A DNA stretch of 63,988 nucleotides, filler included, from Porpidia crustulata (GCA_964255105.1; 6 parts of 6 records of this genome joined end to end with filler, not necessarily neighbours in it); one strand, 5' to 3'. Counted from the first letter of the whole stretch, positions 1 to 13,747 are shown. The notes: generated by a model from the sequence alone, not told the origin. Program-made: numbers and translations.

Positions 1-796
1 CTCATTAGATCAGATTTATGATGATAGCTTCATGTAAATAGCTATTTAATGTTTTAGTCAGGCCTGGGTAGGGCTGACTCCACTGACTTATGACACCTCC
101 TGTGAGCGGATGAGGTGAGATTTGTAAGCTGACATGCATGATGGCTTTAGGGAGAGGCTGGACTCTTGAAAGGCCTAGATGGAATGTGAAAAACTGATGA
201 GATGAGCATCGAGATGGAACTTTGCTTTTTGTTTTGTTTTATTTTTACACATGGCGGGGGACGAGTGGGTTTTGACAGACCGACTTTGAGGCTGAAATAT
301 CTATGTTTTTGCGGATGTATGAATAGTTTGGGAGTGGAAATCGGTCGGACAAAGGGACTGCGTATAGTCCTCTAACGTAGAAACTTTTCACGAATAGCAA
401 GAGGAAGCAATGAGGAAAGAATTGTGGCTATAAACAGAGGAAGAGATGATTGGAATCAAAACGAAGAGCAACTGAAACGAGGGACGTATAGTACATAATC
501 GTTATATTCGTGAAATTGTCGAATCAGCCGAGGTTCTCAGTACACATTTTCCAAGCAACTAATATAGGGAAAAGAAGCACGCTATGTACGGAATTGAAGT
601 GAAATAAGTAGAGCAACACCTTCCGGGCAGTTTCTTTCCATACATCCCAAGAGCGGCAAGAACGGAAAGTCTCGGTCTATCAGTGGTTTTCGTTTGCTAG
701 AATCTAAAGTCTTTCTTTCTATCATCTAAAGGCTTTCCCTCACTCTTAGGTACATTTCCGTTCCTCGTTATTTCTGGCAGGGGATACAATGACGTC

Positions 797-2486
797 TTAA
801 GACATCAGTAAAGCCTCCTCTGCCAGGAGTCCGTGCGATCGTCGTTTCCGAGATTTCTTTGATGCGCTCTTCGCGGACTTGGCCACAGGATTCGCGCAGG
901 TTCCCGAACATTTCTGGTAGATAGATATGTAGCCCATGGACCCCAGAGCACCACCACAGACGTCCTTGCCGTTGCTTGAGCATTGCATGTTGCAAAGTCC
1001 GGATGCGACTCCAGCTCCGTTGCTGACGGTCATGGCATTGTCACACCAGCATTGATTGCCATCCTCAAGTCCAGCCATGGAATATCCTTTGCCACCACAA
1101 AAGCTTGTACAAGCTGCGACTGACATTGGGACCATGTTTGATGTGTATGCATTCTCGCTGTCCTTTCTCAAGACTCGGACTCCGTTCACCAAGTCGGTGA
1201 AGCAGCCAACATACTGCCACTGTTCAGGTGTCATATCGGTATACTGGGTGATCGGGGAACTCAACGAAGTCGTAACGCCACATCCTGACTTCGGAGATGC
1301 TTCTCCAGGGCCGTATTGAAGGTCATTGCATCCAGGTAATTTGTCAAGCACCCCCCAAATGTGCTCATTGACAGATGGAGGTATGGAGCAGGAATTCATC
1401 TCAGTATTAGAATTGATCCCTCCAGGGACCGAGGGACATTTATCCACTCGTGCATCTCCGGAATTACATGTGTTGATCAGGGTCGCTAGAGTATTGGTAT
1501 CCCAACCACTGAGCTTGATACAGTTTAGCGAATATTCTCAAAATCAAAGATTTCCAAAAAGCCAGGATACTTACAAAATCACCATGAAGCCCGAATCCGG
1601 TAGGATCACCTTGCGCTAGAACCCATGGAGTTAAGCCAGTACCTTGGACCCATTGACCAGCAAAAGCATGAACATCCCAGTAGATCTCTAGATGCAGTTG
1701 TGGATGGTGTTTCCATCCAGCCGGGCAGTTTTTACTGCCTGCTGAGGCACCTTTGCTACTTGAATATTGCATGTTATTTTGGTAGTTCGAAAGACCAGCG
1801 GACGGATTGTAGCATGATGGGAAGTAGATGTCGTAGCGTAGTCCAGTCCCGTCGGCAGTGCAGTCTTTGTCAGGAAATCCCACACCTGTATCCGGAGAGT
1901 TAGGATTTTGTGAGGCATAGGCACCCGAGCCAGGGCAACTGATTTGAAGGGGCTGGATATCGCCAAAATTGGGATCAATGTTGTAATTGGTGTTTTGCGG
2001 CTGGGAGCGCTTGAACGGATCTCCAACTACAATTCGAAGACCTTGATCGAAAGGGACCATATTGTCGTCAGTTTGCTCGAAACTAGATTCAAGTCAGCAT
2101 GCAATATACCGAATAGAGGAGTCATTCGGTACATACTTGTAATAGACGTTGAATTGGGTCGCTTTCACAGGCACAAAGGTGCCATCTGCTGCATGGAAAA
2201 ACAAACTGGGTACCCAGTAATTGCTGAGATCATTCTTGACCTGACTTGAGGTGCACGTAGACTTCATCGCTTGGGTGTCTGACATGGTTGGCGAGAACGC
2301 ATTGCCACCAATGACGGTATGCACATGTCCTGAAGGTGAGCCAGGGCTGATGATGGGGTCTTCTCTTCCCACGACAACAGCGTTTCCAAACCCAATCACA
2401 GTGAACGAACCCGCATGGCTCGACAAGCCTTGAGCCACATAAATTGTAAGGACGAGGGCAGGAACACCCCACCCAGACAAGTGCAT
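797..2486 (-). CDS. Secreted DUF1996 + C-terminal WSC domain protein (3 exons: 2486-2137, 2082-1575, 1513-797)
   Basis: N-terminal signal-like peptide. DUF1996 motifs REDPIISPG..SGHVHTVIGGNAF, DLSNYWVPSL, FPSC, GDPTGFGLHGDF. Cys-rich WSC domain (YVGCFTD..C.SFC...GY..AGLEDGNQCWC). GTATGT and GTAAGT donors join the three ORFs in frame. Confidence 0.9.
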
Positions 2487-3057
2487 GATGATGAGAGAGT
2501 GTGGTAAGGTGTATCTGATAGTTTGCTTAGAGTGCAATTGACTGATGCTTGAAGGTGGAGGGTCGGGTTTGGTTGTAGAAGGGTATGATGATCGCAGTCA
2601 AAATGAAAGGATGAGATTGTGTGAATGAGTGAATGATGAAACGCAAAGAGGTAAGGTAATTAAAGTCGTTCACAGCTTCAGATAATTTCTTGAGTGTTGG
2701 CAGCTTGGAGTATCGTCTGGTCGGCCCCTATATATGTTGGAGGCAAAGGGTTGTGAATTTGATCGGGGGAAAACAAATCCCAAAGAGACAGATTCACAGG
2801 TACTTATACATCGGATGGATAATAAATTTTTTCATCAACACAGGGAAGGGGCTTGTGAGATGTGACCATGCTGCTGAATAGTTCTTCCCCTCAGTGACCT
2901 ATGCTGAGGAGAAGTCGCAGTAACCCCGGTGTCCTGACATGCAGCATCCTGAAAGCTGCATCCCCATGGAGTGCTGTTAATATAATTCATTTGTCGATTC
3001 TTCAAAGCCCCAAGCCGAGAGCTGCAGGGGGTATGGAATCGAGGACAGGCATTTAGA

Positions 3058-3182
3058 TTAGGTAAGTAGGTCGGTTGACAGGTAGGTAAGGAAAATGAAG
3101 GAAGAAAGGTCGGGAGGTTGGTGGATTGGTAGGTAGGTAGTCGGTGTAAAGATTGGTAGGGGGATAGGTAGAGATAGGTAGA
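3058..3182. repeat. Degenerate (AGGT/GGTA)n purine-rich microsatellite-like tract
   Basis: Repeated ggta/aggt/ggtag units visible upstream of the WSC gene. Confidence 0.5.
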
Positions 3183-4190
3183 TGTGATTCTCACCATGTG
3201 ATTGAGTAAATCACATCTTGAGCACGGATCACTACCTTATGCACTGATTCCTGTCCTCAAGCCGTTAAGGCATCCTTATCCTTGACCCAGGAACCCGTCA
3301 ACCAGGAACCGAGCAAGGGTTCAACCCTAATAGTCCCATGATGCGCCATATCAATTGGCTCGGCTCAACATGCCATGCCCTTAGCGCTTGAGGTTAAGTC
3401 AGAATGCCGTCTTTGTGCGTTGATGGCACTTCGAAAAGGCAGGTTTCACAGTTTCAAAATAGCGCCACCATCTCATTGATCTAGATCTTTAGTGATTGAC
3501 TTTCAACGGCAAAATCATGCATGCTTGCTAATTGCTGGCTGATGTCTGCACGCACTGTCGGTAGATCCCTCTCTTTCCACCTAACGGCCACTTAATGGCG
3601 CATATATTGCAAGTAGGTGGACGTTCTTGTTATGCGTGGAATATGACACCATCGGCAGCTGATCAAGTTTGCTAGATCCATGGATAGTGCGTGAGCAACT
3701 GGGGGAGCCTGCCTATAGGTAGCCAAAATATTTTCGGTGCTTCGTGCCTCGCTGGTAAATTGACAGATGGCTCTCTGCTCGCATCACTTTTGCATTAGGT
3801 GCGCTCTTCTCATCGGTTCGGCAAAAGGATGAGCTCGGACGTTAGACTGTTTCTCCGCACTTAGGAAAACAGGACCTTCTTCGTAGAGTTGTTGAGCTTG
3901 GGGTCGATCGATGGTGACTTCTCTAGCTAGTTATTTGGAATCTAGAAAATGCCTGCTCCGATTTCCTAAGTAGAAACCAAATCTACAGAGGTCAATGGAT
4001 ATCGAGGATTGCAGTCCGTCGTGGCTAATGCTGATGTCCTTCCCTCGACTGCCATAGTTTGCTGCTGTAGCCTGATATTACATGATATCCCTCGATACTC
4101 TGTATTAGGCCGAGCAAGGATGAACCAACCACGGAAATCGATGACCCAATTTCAAACGCTTGGGTAGCAGGAAAGCCGTCCCGACCCTCA

Positions 4191-4598
4191 TCAACTCCCT
4201 CGATACGTTGTGTAACTCCATGGTCCCAACAATAAGGGAACATGATAATGCCCGCCGTGTGGGTACACAAAGAACTTGATTTCCACTTCGGGAAAAAATG
4301 TGTTTCCCTCTCCGTAGTACACGCCCGTTTCGAATTTGAGACTCCACACCATCTTTCCATCTTCGTGTTCAGCCAGATTAGCGAAGATGTCCGAGAGACT
4401 GGGACCCTCTTGCGCATTCCAATTAGAGATACGTCCATCTGAGGAGGTTGTAGCTCGAAAAGGACTCGAGGGACCCAGTGGGCGGATGAGAGTAAGAGAG
4501 ACAGCAAGGGAGGGCGCAGGACGTCCGGTAGTAAGGTCGAGAACATGGCACGTGATAGGGTCGCGCTGTAACAGCGGCATCGAGGAGTTTCCAGTCAT
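4191..4598 (-). CDS. 5-hydroxyisourate hydrolase (transthyretin-like protein, purine catabolism)
   Basis: ITCHVLDLTTGRPA, FFPEVEI, HYHVPLLLGPWSY and the diagnostic C-terminal YRGS. The exact N-terminus is uncertain. Confidence 0.93.
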   Translation of the reverse strand: MTGNSSMPLLQRDPITCHVLDLTTGRPAPSLAVSLTLIRPLGPSSPFRATTSSDGRISNWNAQEGPSLSDIFANLAEHEDGKMVWSLKFETGVYYGEGNTFFPEVEIKFFVYPHGGHYHVPLLLGPWSYTTYRGS

Positions 4599-4700
4599 AA
4601 TGAAGGCAGGATTCGTTCTGCTCTTACCTTACGTCTTCGTATACCTGAGATGAAGAGTTTGGAAAGGGGCCACGATGCATAAAGATGTCCAAGCCCCGCA

Positions 4701-4743
4701 GATATCCACGATAAGCTTTGGTCGGGGGCGTCGCTCAGATAAG
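4701..4743. promoter_or_regulatory. Clustered GATA sites upstream of the HIU hydrolase gene (candidate AreA/NIT2 sites)
   Basis: GATATC at 4701 and GATAAG at 4710 and 4738, 100-145 bp upstream of the ATG of a purine-catabolism gene. Confidence 0.45.
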
Positions 4744-5065
4744 GTTCTCCATTTGGCCTAGGTTAAGGCCTAGCCCTAATTCCCGCTACCCTAGTAAAGT
4801 ACGTTCGAGGGACTTTGTCAATCGATCGAGTACTTGCAGTGGAATCTTCGTAGAATGTTGAACTGATGCCATTATAAACGTAACCAAATCAACGACTCCA
4901 TCACTGCGCAAGTTAAGCACTACTCTATCACAAGATCCAGAAACCCTAGACTTCCATTCCTCAAGCGACGCTGCATTTTGACCTCACGCTCGCACGCAGG
5001 GCTTCTAATCTGATATTGACAGAAAGCTAGAGAAGTGGGACGTGTAGAATAGTCTGAATCTCGTC

Positions 5066-6213
5066 ATGTCTGCCACAGCTATTGATACGGACTCCGATAG
5101 CCTCGAGCCTACCCTGCAGTCGATTCTGGACCAGAAGTCACTCCGGTGGATCTTTGTTGGAGGCAAAGGTGGAGTCGGAAAGACCACTACTTCCTGCTCG
5201 CTCGCCATCCAACTTGCCCGCGTTCGCAGATCTGTCTTGCTCATCTCGACGGATCCTGCGCACAACCTCAGTGATGCATTCAGTCAGAAGTTTGGCAAAG
5301 AAGCGAGGCTAATTGATGGCTTTACGAACTTGAGCGCAATGGAGATAGATCCAAATGGAAGCATTCAAGATCTATTGAAGGAAGGGGGAGAGGGTGCAGA
5401 GGAGGCCATGGCAGGCTTGGGGGGCATGGGAGGCATGATGCAGGACCTGGCATTCAGTGTATGTTCCTAAACTTGAGAGCAAGAAAATATTGGAGGAAGT
5501 ACTGATGATGAGAGTACAGATACCTGGCGTCGATGAAGCGATGTCTTTCGCGGAAGTACTGAAGCAGGTCAAATCGCTTTCTTATGAGACAATTATCTTC
5601 GATACAGCTCCCACGGGTCATACGCTTCGCTTTCTCCAATTCCCCACGGTTATGGAAAAAGCGCTCGCCAAGCTTTCACAGTTGTCCTCTCAATTTGGTC
5701 CCATGCTGAACTCGGTGATTGGAGCACGTGGTGGGCTTCCTGGTGGGCAAAATCTTGATGAGGTGCTGCAAAAAATGGAGTCTCTTCGAGAGACTATAGG
5801 AGAAGTCAATACCCAATTCAAGAACGCTGATATGACAACTTTTGTCTGTGTGTGCATACCAGAGTTTCTTTCGCTATACGAAACGGAGAGGATGATTCAA
5901 GAATTGAATTCTTACGAAATCGACACGCATGCGATAGTGGTGAACCAGCTACTGTTCCCAAAAAAGAGCAACGACTGTGAGCAGTGCAACGCAAGAAGAA
6001 AGATGCAGAAGAAGTATCTTGATCAAATAGAGGAGCTTTATGATGAGTTCAATGTTGTGAAGATGCCGCTTTTAGTAGAAGAAGTCCGGGGTAAGGAGAG
6101 GTTGGAGAGGTGAGTGAAAGTGATCCACTTCCTGTTGTTTGTGTATGCTAAGTATGATTTCCATGTCTAGTTTCAGCGATATGCTCATACATCCCTACAA
6201 ACCGCCCCAATAG
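5066..6213 (+). CDS. GET3: Get3/ArsA-family ATPase for tail-anchored protein insertion (exons 5066-5458, 5520-6109, 6171-6213)
   Basis: P-loop [35 protein letters not shown], CxxC (CEQC). Canonical introns restore the frame to ...HPYKPPQ*. Confidence 0.97.
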
Positions 6214-7462
6214 CATAACCTAATACAGCATGATGGTATCACGATTGAACGACGTGGAGAAGTACCAGACGTTGAACGGCTGGTAATGTAGAAGATCTAG
6301 TTATCATAGCACATACCAATTGCTTTACTCAATGAATGTTATCCTAGAACCATAAACCCTAAGGATAGAAAAATGCAGGACATCTTGTCGAGCCCATGAT
6401 ATAATAATAGCGTAATTAACAGTCATTTCAACCTCCAGGACCTTGAGCGGAATCTACTACCAGGTCTAATCGTCTCCCTCCTAGAATAATGCTAGAGCAG
6501 CTAGATTTGAATAAAAGACTCAGAGACTATCCCCATTACAATGTACTTTTAGAGAGCACTTCGAAAGCTTGCATACACCCCGGACTATGCTTTTCGAAGT
6601 CAGGCAGTGAATTTCCTCAATAGCGTTTTTGGCTTCGTTCACCGAGACGCATCCGATCAGAGTACTCATTGGTAAGATGGTCCATTACCGCCACGGAGTT
6701 ATTTAAGCGGAGCTTGCCTACATATTCAAGTGGTGTCCAGGAACTGTGGTCTGTATAAAAGTCCAGGTCCTTCCCACGAGCGATGTTACTTGTCGGCTCA
6801 GATGTTGTAGCAATATATCTGTGACAAATTCACACGTCGCTTCCAATAGGCAGCGTATAATGGATCCAAGGCAAAGACAATGCCATTGACATAGTTTGTG
6901 CGAAGAGAAAATTTCATTCCTCGCACTCAATTATACGGAGACTCGGCATTAGCCCATGTTCTTTGGTACGTTAATGGCAAGGCAGCCAAGAGGCGTTTCT
7001 AGGCTCCCGAAGCACTGGCTTCGGATGCAGGCACCTTGAAAACAGGGCGCAGAATTACCCAGTCTCTGACCCTCAATTCTAAATGACTTGCGAAATAGGT
7101 ACTCGGTATATTGAATGTATGTATTTTTCGTAGCTCAGCCTCACTATTCAATATCAGCAGCGCTTCATCTACAAACTGCTTGTGCATGGGCAGTCGTGAA
7201 GCGACCAATCAATTTGGATATGGATTTTGAACTCGAATCTGTAATCAATGACATTCGGAGTGAAGGAGCTACCTATTCTGTCAATCATCAATCCTCATAT
7301 ACATTCAATGGTAATGGATCACTTCGGGGATATTCATATCTGTCGCGCCGAATTTCAAGGCAACAATGGGTCTATAAGAAGGGAGACATTTCATGCTATC
7401 AAATCGATTCCTTGGAGTCACAATAGCATCCCCTTTCCTTTACTTTTGCCAAAGAAGTCTTA

Positions 7463-7919
7463 ATGAGTCTTCCTCAATCCTCCAAAATGCCAATTGCCCC
7501 ATACAACGACCACAAGCAGTATTTTGTCCCCGGTTTTTGCATATCTCGAAACGTCATCTACAGCCATATCCAATTTTACCTCGGACCCGACGCAACAGTC
7601 CGGCAATACTCCTACCAAGGACGCGACGGCTATCTCGTCTCCGCTCCCGGCCCTGCTCTGACCAAGGTTGGCCGTTCGCAGAAGTTATAACAGCATGGAA
7701 CCTACTGACCCATTCCTCCAGAGCCAGATCGAAGACATTCAAACCCTCTCCACCCAATACGAGGAGCAACAGGCAGCACGGATGATCACCAGCAGCTGCG
7801 GCGCCGAAGCGGACATGTACATAAACCGTCCTATACAGTTGATCCGGCGAATGGAGGGCGAGCCGGACAGCTACGGCCGGAATCGAGTGCGGGCTGGATA
7901 TAGCGCTGCTAAGCGGTGA
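7463..7919 (+). CDS. Small conserved fungal protein, RfeG-like (intron 7667-7721)
   Basis: Spliced product QYFVPGFCISRNVIYSHIQFYLGPDATVRQYSYQGRDGYLVSAPGPALTK|SQIEDIQTLSTQYE resembles the RfeG N-terminal pattern (YF.PG.GISR.VI...I..YLG.DA.VR). Intron has a GTTGGC donor, ACTGAC branch and CAG acceptor. Confidence 0.7.
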
Positions 7920-10772
7920 CCAGTGAGCAGCGACGACTTGACTGGATGTCTATTGGCGGCATACTGATTTCAACACTTTGGTGCTGCTGACTTCTCTGAT
8001 CAGCGATTTTTCGGTCAGTCTGGGTACGGGAATTTCGATTACCTGTTGATACGTGCAAGAGTTTTGTGCACACATACAAAAGTCTTGGCATTCTTCAATT
8101 CGTCTATGTCCCCTACTGTGACTAATTCATAGAGCTCAAATAATGTCTGAGTACAATCTGAGGAGTGCCTTTCTCATTCTCTGTCAGCGGAGATTGGACT
8201 ATCATAGTGCAGATTTTCCGCAGCCATTGAATGTGAACTTGATCACACATACGGCTTTCGTAACGATTCTCTACGAGCGTCGAGACACTCTTGAAATCTT
8301 TCAAATTGTGCCAATTAGAAAGACCTATAGCGGACTATGTTCGCGTCTACGTGTGGCACCCTTGGGCACTTGTAAATCACTCCGATATATTTTCTTTCCC
8401 TTTTCCCGGCAAGGGGTGTCATATTATCCCATTCTTCCAATCCTCTCTACGAGTGCACATTGCAAATCACAAAGGATACCAAAGTAGCCTTATGGCATAC
8501 TCGGAAGAAGGGGCCGAGGGCGTATGTTGCCCTGTATGGATATCCCCGGGCTGGAGTTACCTTACCGAAATACACGCCGAACCCATAGATCTAGAAAATC
8601 CCGCAAAACCTGCGAATGTTTGAGCAACGAAGTTTTCTAATTGTGGTGAGGTGTTTTCCAGAGGCAGGTCTAATACTCACCGCGTGACCACGAAAGCCTC
8701 GTTGAAAGTAGAAGACATACCCCGAGTTTCTAGAATACAGCAACCACCACCACCGCAGAGTATTCGGCTTTTGATAGCGGCTCATGCTCAATAGCCTTGC
8801 CAGGAGGACGAGCGGCAGCCTTCGGTGCCCAATGATTGAGCTGACCTGGAGGCTCTGGGCAACAATGATGTACGCTTATCAGACTACCTATTCAAGGGCG
8901 TAAGGCCAAAGTTCCGCGACAGCGGGACATATTCCAGAGCTGATGAGACGTCGCTGACCTCGCTCAGCAGATCCAAATCCAACGGGCGTAGGCTGACAAG
9001 CGAGGCTTCGGAATTCCTGCTGCTGACCCGAGGGCACTCGGTTGTCATATGGGTTTCATTATTCTGATGCTGCTGATCATGAGTAGAGAACCAGCCGGCC
9101 TTCATACGAATATTGATCGGAATAGTGTCAAGATTTGAAGATGCTAGGCTTGCATTGAAATAAAAACTTGGAAGAATTTAAATTTAGAAGATAGCCTACA
9201 GATGGGAAGGTAGCTAATTTTTATTTCAAGGGACACTGCGTACAATATTCTCTACCAGTAAAAAGACGGAGTACCTCGCGCGTATCGTCAATGTTCTTGG
9301 GATTCATAAGAACGTAGACAGCCATCAGAAATTACACTCCCTGAGGCCCCCATGGTTGTTCTTTGCTAATCATGAATGGCACAATGAAGGAGGCAGAAGA
9401 CCTAAATCTCAGAGTATTCAAAAGTGCAAATATTTGATATCGTTGTGAAAGAAAGAACGTAAAAGTCAGAATTCTGGGATAGTCCAACTTTTGCACAATG
9501 TGTCTGAAATGCAAGGTCATTTCCCAATAATGGGTATGTTAAGCAGTTGCAGTGTCCTTACGACCTCCAATGATCACTACAGCGATATACAGTTTGCCAG
9601 GAGCTGATGGATTCTGTTCGAAAAAGGCGGTTAAAGAGAACGTGCTCCGAAATACCTACGAATACAGTCGGAGGCTTGCTGCTTCAATAAAAGTCAGTCT
9701 CAGCTTTCATGATCTAAGAAACCCTCCACAACTTTACCCGCACATCACTATTGTATATTTAGTTTCTTCGGAATGCTTATGGCTTTGGCTGCTGGAACTG
9801 ATGAGTCAGCTGTCCAAACAGAATGGACCTGTTGAAGCGTGAGGCTATCAAGCTGGCGGCAGCGACGGGAGTGATCTCATTGAGCATGATCGATACGATT
9901 GCTGAATTCTGTACCTGCGTTCCCATCTACTAAAATTACTCTTCACATAGATGAGACATTCTTTCAACAGCATATTTCGCAATTGCATAACTCCCGAGCA
10001 TCGCCACAGATCCAGCCCTTTTGCAACGACTAGGTTCATTCATGTCTCGGCTTTGAGGCGTTTTCTCATCACTGCACGATTCGGAGACTTGCCATCAACA
10101 AGAATTTGGAAGCTATTTTGCGTTGACTGCATCCCAGTCGGAAGGTCCTCGGGTGATCAGCAGAACAACCAGAAACGCGATATTTCGAGTGCAATTCGAA
10201 TTCCTACCTTCTGCGCTGCTAAATTTACTGCTTATAAACCAGGAGTGCAGACTCCCGTCACAACTGAACGGCAGGTAAGTTTGTAATTGAACCGCTAGCG
10301 TTACGCCCCAAGCCACCCGTTGTCACTTTCCAGATAAGCAAACACTGGAATAACGCTGTTACTTACGCTGATGACTTGAGGAACGAGCTCCAATTGAACG
10401 CTAGTTCTGTCATATGAACATGAGCAACAAATACCAGTATATTTGTGTGCTTCTAGAATAAGACTATTGATGGTCAATAACTGGATGGAAGGTTGATAGA
10501 AAACGTTGTACCAAAGGAATCTTCGGATTGATCGTTCGCTAGGTGATTGAGGGGAAATTGATTTCTCAGCTACACACTACACTAGCTCGGATGTATTATA
10601 CAGCCTCCCAGAATTATCTGCGCGATCCCCTCGAGAAAAACTACATCATCGCCGTCATCGTTACAGGTAAGCTGCGCCTTTTCAACCACCCGAATATGTG
10701 GTACGACTGAAAGTTGTTGATTGAGTTCTTCCGAGTGTGGGACATACCAACGGAACCCCCCCCCCTCTACTC

Positions 10773-10872
10773 NNNNNNNNNNNNNNNNNNNNNNNNNNNN
10801 NNNNNNNNNNNNNNNNTTAATTAATTAANNNNNNNNNNNNNNNNNNNNNNNNNNNNNNNNNNNNNNNNNNNN
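10773..10872. other. Artificial contig linker (N44-TTAATTAATTAA-N44)
   Basis: 100-nt pad whose core has stops in all six frames. It occurs identically five times. Confidence 0.98.
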
Positions 10873-13747
10873 GCATGGGGGGGGGGAATTGCAGGCTCGC
10901 TAATGAGGCTAGCTATTCCATGACAACGCTTGTACTAAATTAGGTTAGGAAAAGCAATTATGCTTGGCAGACAGTCAAATCAAATCAAATCAGAATAAGC
11001 TCTAGGCTTGGCCCTAAATCTATTTGACAGGGGGCAATTTGCGCCAGCTCAGGGGATCAGTTACCTGACTACGAGTGGGAAAGGCAGTGGAGGGGCAAAT
11101 TGCTCAGGGGTTACATCTTTCGAGCCAATGAGATCAACAAACACCTAATCGCTTCCCTATACAAGTGAAGCGAATTCATGGGCCGATGCTTGTTGCGTGC
11201 GTGCCACTTCTATCGGCCATGTCTTCTCTAACTTCATTCGCTGTATTTGGCATCAAGGCTTCTCCCCCACGGGTTCTTCAACACATCACTCTAAAAGGCG
11301 GTGAAGAACGTGATTAGCCAGTGAAGGGCACGAATGATGAAGGTGGTGTACTTCCCCCCCATCGAAGAATCGTCCTCCTGGGAAGCGGCATTTTCACGTT
11401 CACCCTGGGCTACCATGTCATGCCAACGGGATGATGGAGCAACTGGCTGTACGGATGGTTCGAGGGCGCTTAAGCAGGTCCTTCGCACAACTTCCCTGCT
11501 ACCTGCCATGTGGCTTGATGCCTTCCATCCTCTCCGAACGCTGCAAAGGGTATAGACTGGCAGTGCTCCTTGACGTGGGCATGCGTGAACCAGTCACCGG
11601 CCACCGCCGTTGAAAAACAGAACTCGGGTGGCTAGCCAATTCACTCTATAAGGGCCCTCACGCTACCATCGACGTAAAGAATGCGTACGCCTTCAAAGGC
11701 TCAGGTCATGGCACCCAATTGACATTCTTCCACGCCAGACATAACATCGTTGCGACTTGATTGCCTTGGCTGCCCCGCTTCAGCATGATCGCATCGGGCC
11801 ATTCAATCAATTTACTTCTTGGCTTAAATGCAGGAGTCGACCGTCTCAGAATTGCGACTTCTTACTTGTGGGCTTGCACATGCCATTTTTAGATTCTGAA
11901 ACACCATCCCCATGCCATCACGTGACGTTTTCGAGTTGCTCCTTGCTGCAGCGCACGGCTGTACGTTTCAGATAGCGGAATCCGGCATGTCTGCTTTATT
12001 TGCAGTATTAATGACCTTACTGTTGCGCATTATAGTCCTCAGTGGGCTACCAGTCACCACCCCACATACTAATCCACCAGATCTTGCCAGCAATGCATTT
12101 GCTTAGCGGTTGCCTTGTCGAGCCGCACAGAGGAATGGAATGCGTATGCATGACGAGAAAGTCAAGCGCAAGATGTCGACAGTGTACAAATGATTGTTTT
12201 GGAATATGTTCGTCTCTCACTCTTGGAATTTGAGATCGCCGATGTTTGACAATCGACGGATGAAAGAGGTTGACTTCTGCAAGACGAAGCTAAAGTACTA
12301 TCGATCTCTAGTTCTCTGACCGACCCTCATGCGAGGCCAATTGTGGCAAGACTTGATCCAAGCCCGGATTGTTGGACGTCTTGATAACAGGTCTAGCATA
12401 GTGAGGTGGCCACTACCTGAGAGATACATTTCAAATCATATGCATTGTCTATGCCTGGTATGAGGAGATCGAGCTCCTCTAGTGCCGTAGGTCTAGCAAC
12501 AATCAGGCTCAGGGATGTATCTTCGTGTTCCCACACTAGAACGTCTCGTTGGCGTGTGGGCGAAGCGTCGTCAGTCCTTTCTGTAAGGCATAGTACACCC
12601 ACAACCATTTGCATGAATAAGTACAGTACTCAATCTAAAGAGAACTTATAAGTCTCAAATGTCGAGGTTGCCTACTCATGATGGGCGGCGGTGGGTACGT
12701 TGTGGAACAGGGTCTTGCTAGTCTGTTGTTAACAAATGGTGGTAAATTCGGATTGAAATTTCTAGGAGGATTATATTCGGTGATGATGTATAATTGTGGT
12801 GACTTCTAGGAGAGCAAAGGACGGAAAGAGAGCGCAGGATTGAGGATGAGAAATGTGTCCATTGTGGAAATGATACCTTTTCATTTCATTCTGTAAATCG
12901 AGGCAGACATATTGAAAGACGATCTGCTTCTATGGCCTGTGCATTAAGCTCTATGAAGACTTCGTGAATTCCCTACTGAGGTGGTGAGTTTTGCTGACTG
13001 CCGTCGTTCAATGCTAACCATGACCCCACTTTGCCCGCGATTGATGGACACGAGCCTATTGGGTCATCCCAAGGCAACAATGGGATCTGTAATGTGCATA
13101 AACATTAGAAGGATCCATATTCATCAGTCGAGAGCTCGAAGCCGAGGAACATAGGCATACAGGTAAATAGACTAGGTGGTTAGCAAGCGCACCGATTCTG
13201 TAAAAGTGTCAGATTTCTTTATCTATTCCGATCTGCAAATACAGAAAGTCTTCGACTCTTGACGTTCACAGATTGGCACGATCAACTTTCGATTTAATGG
13301 ACCATGGCATCTCCAAGGAAACCTACTGACGGTAAAGGATGGAGATATTTCTCCGGCAAGTCTTTTGGTTGCCGACTTTCCTTATCAGTGATCCTGACCC
13401 GTTTTACCTTTCGTCGCAGACAAGTTCAACGTCTATCTCTTAATTACTGCACGATGATGGAAGAGGGACTGATGGGTATCGAAGACCGCGTTGATCCTAA
13501 ATCCTTTAGATTGAATAGATCATTGTGAACCTACTATAAGGCTTTCGCAACTGCTACATCTGTCGTGAAATCATCTCTACTGGAAGGAGACATCTTCGAT
13601 ACTCTTCAGACAGTATCCTTACGCGCGAGTGCACAGCGGCCAGCTCATACTTCCTTGCGACTGAAATTCGTCACTTCATACTTTCTGCCGAATTATCTCG
13701 AGTGTGGAAGGTAGAATAACCACTTCTCGTGATTACCTCCCGCAGTC

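Noticed and set aside
10817..10828. TTAATTAATTAA palindrome recurring about every 10.8 kb, as a biological repeat or integration site
   Set aside because: It is always centred in an exact N44/N44 pad, so it is an artificial six-frame-stop linker.
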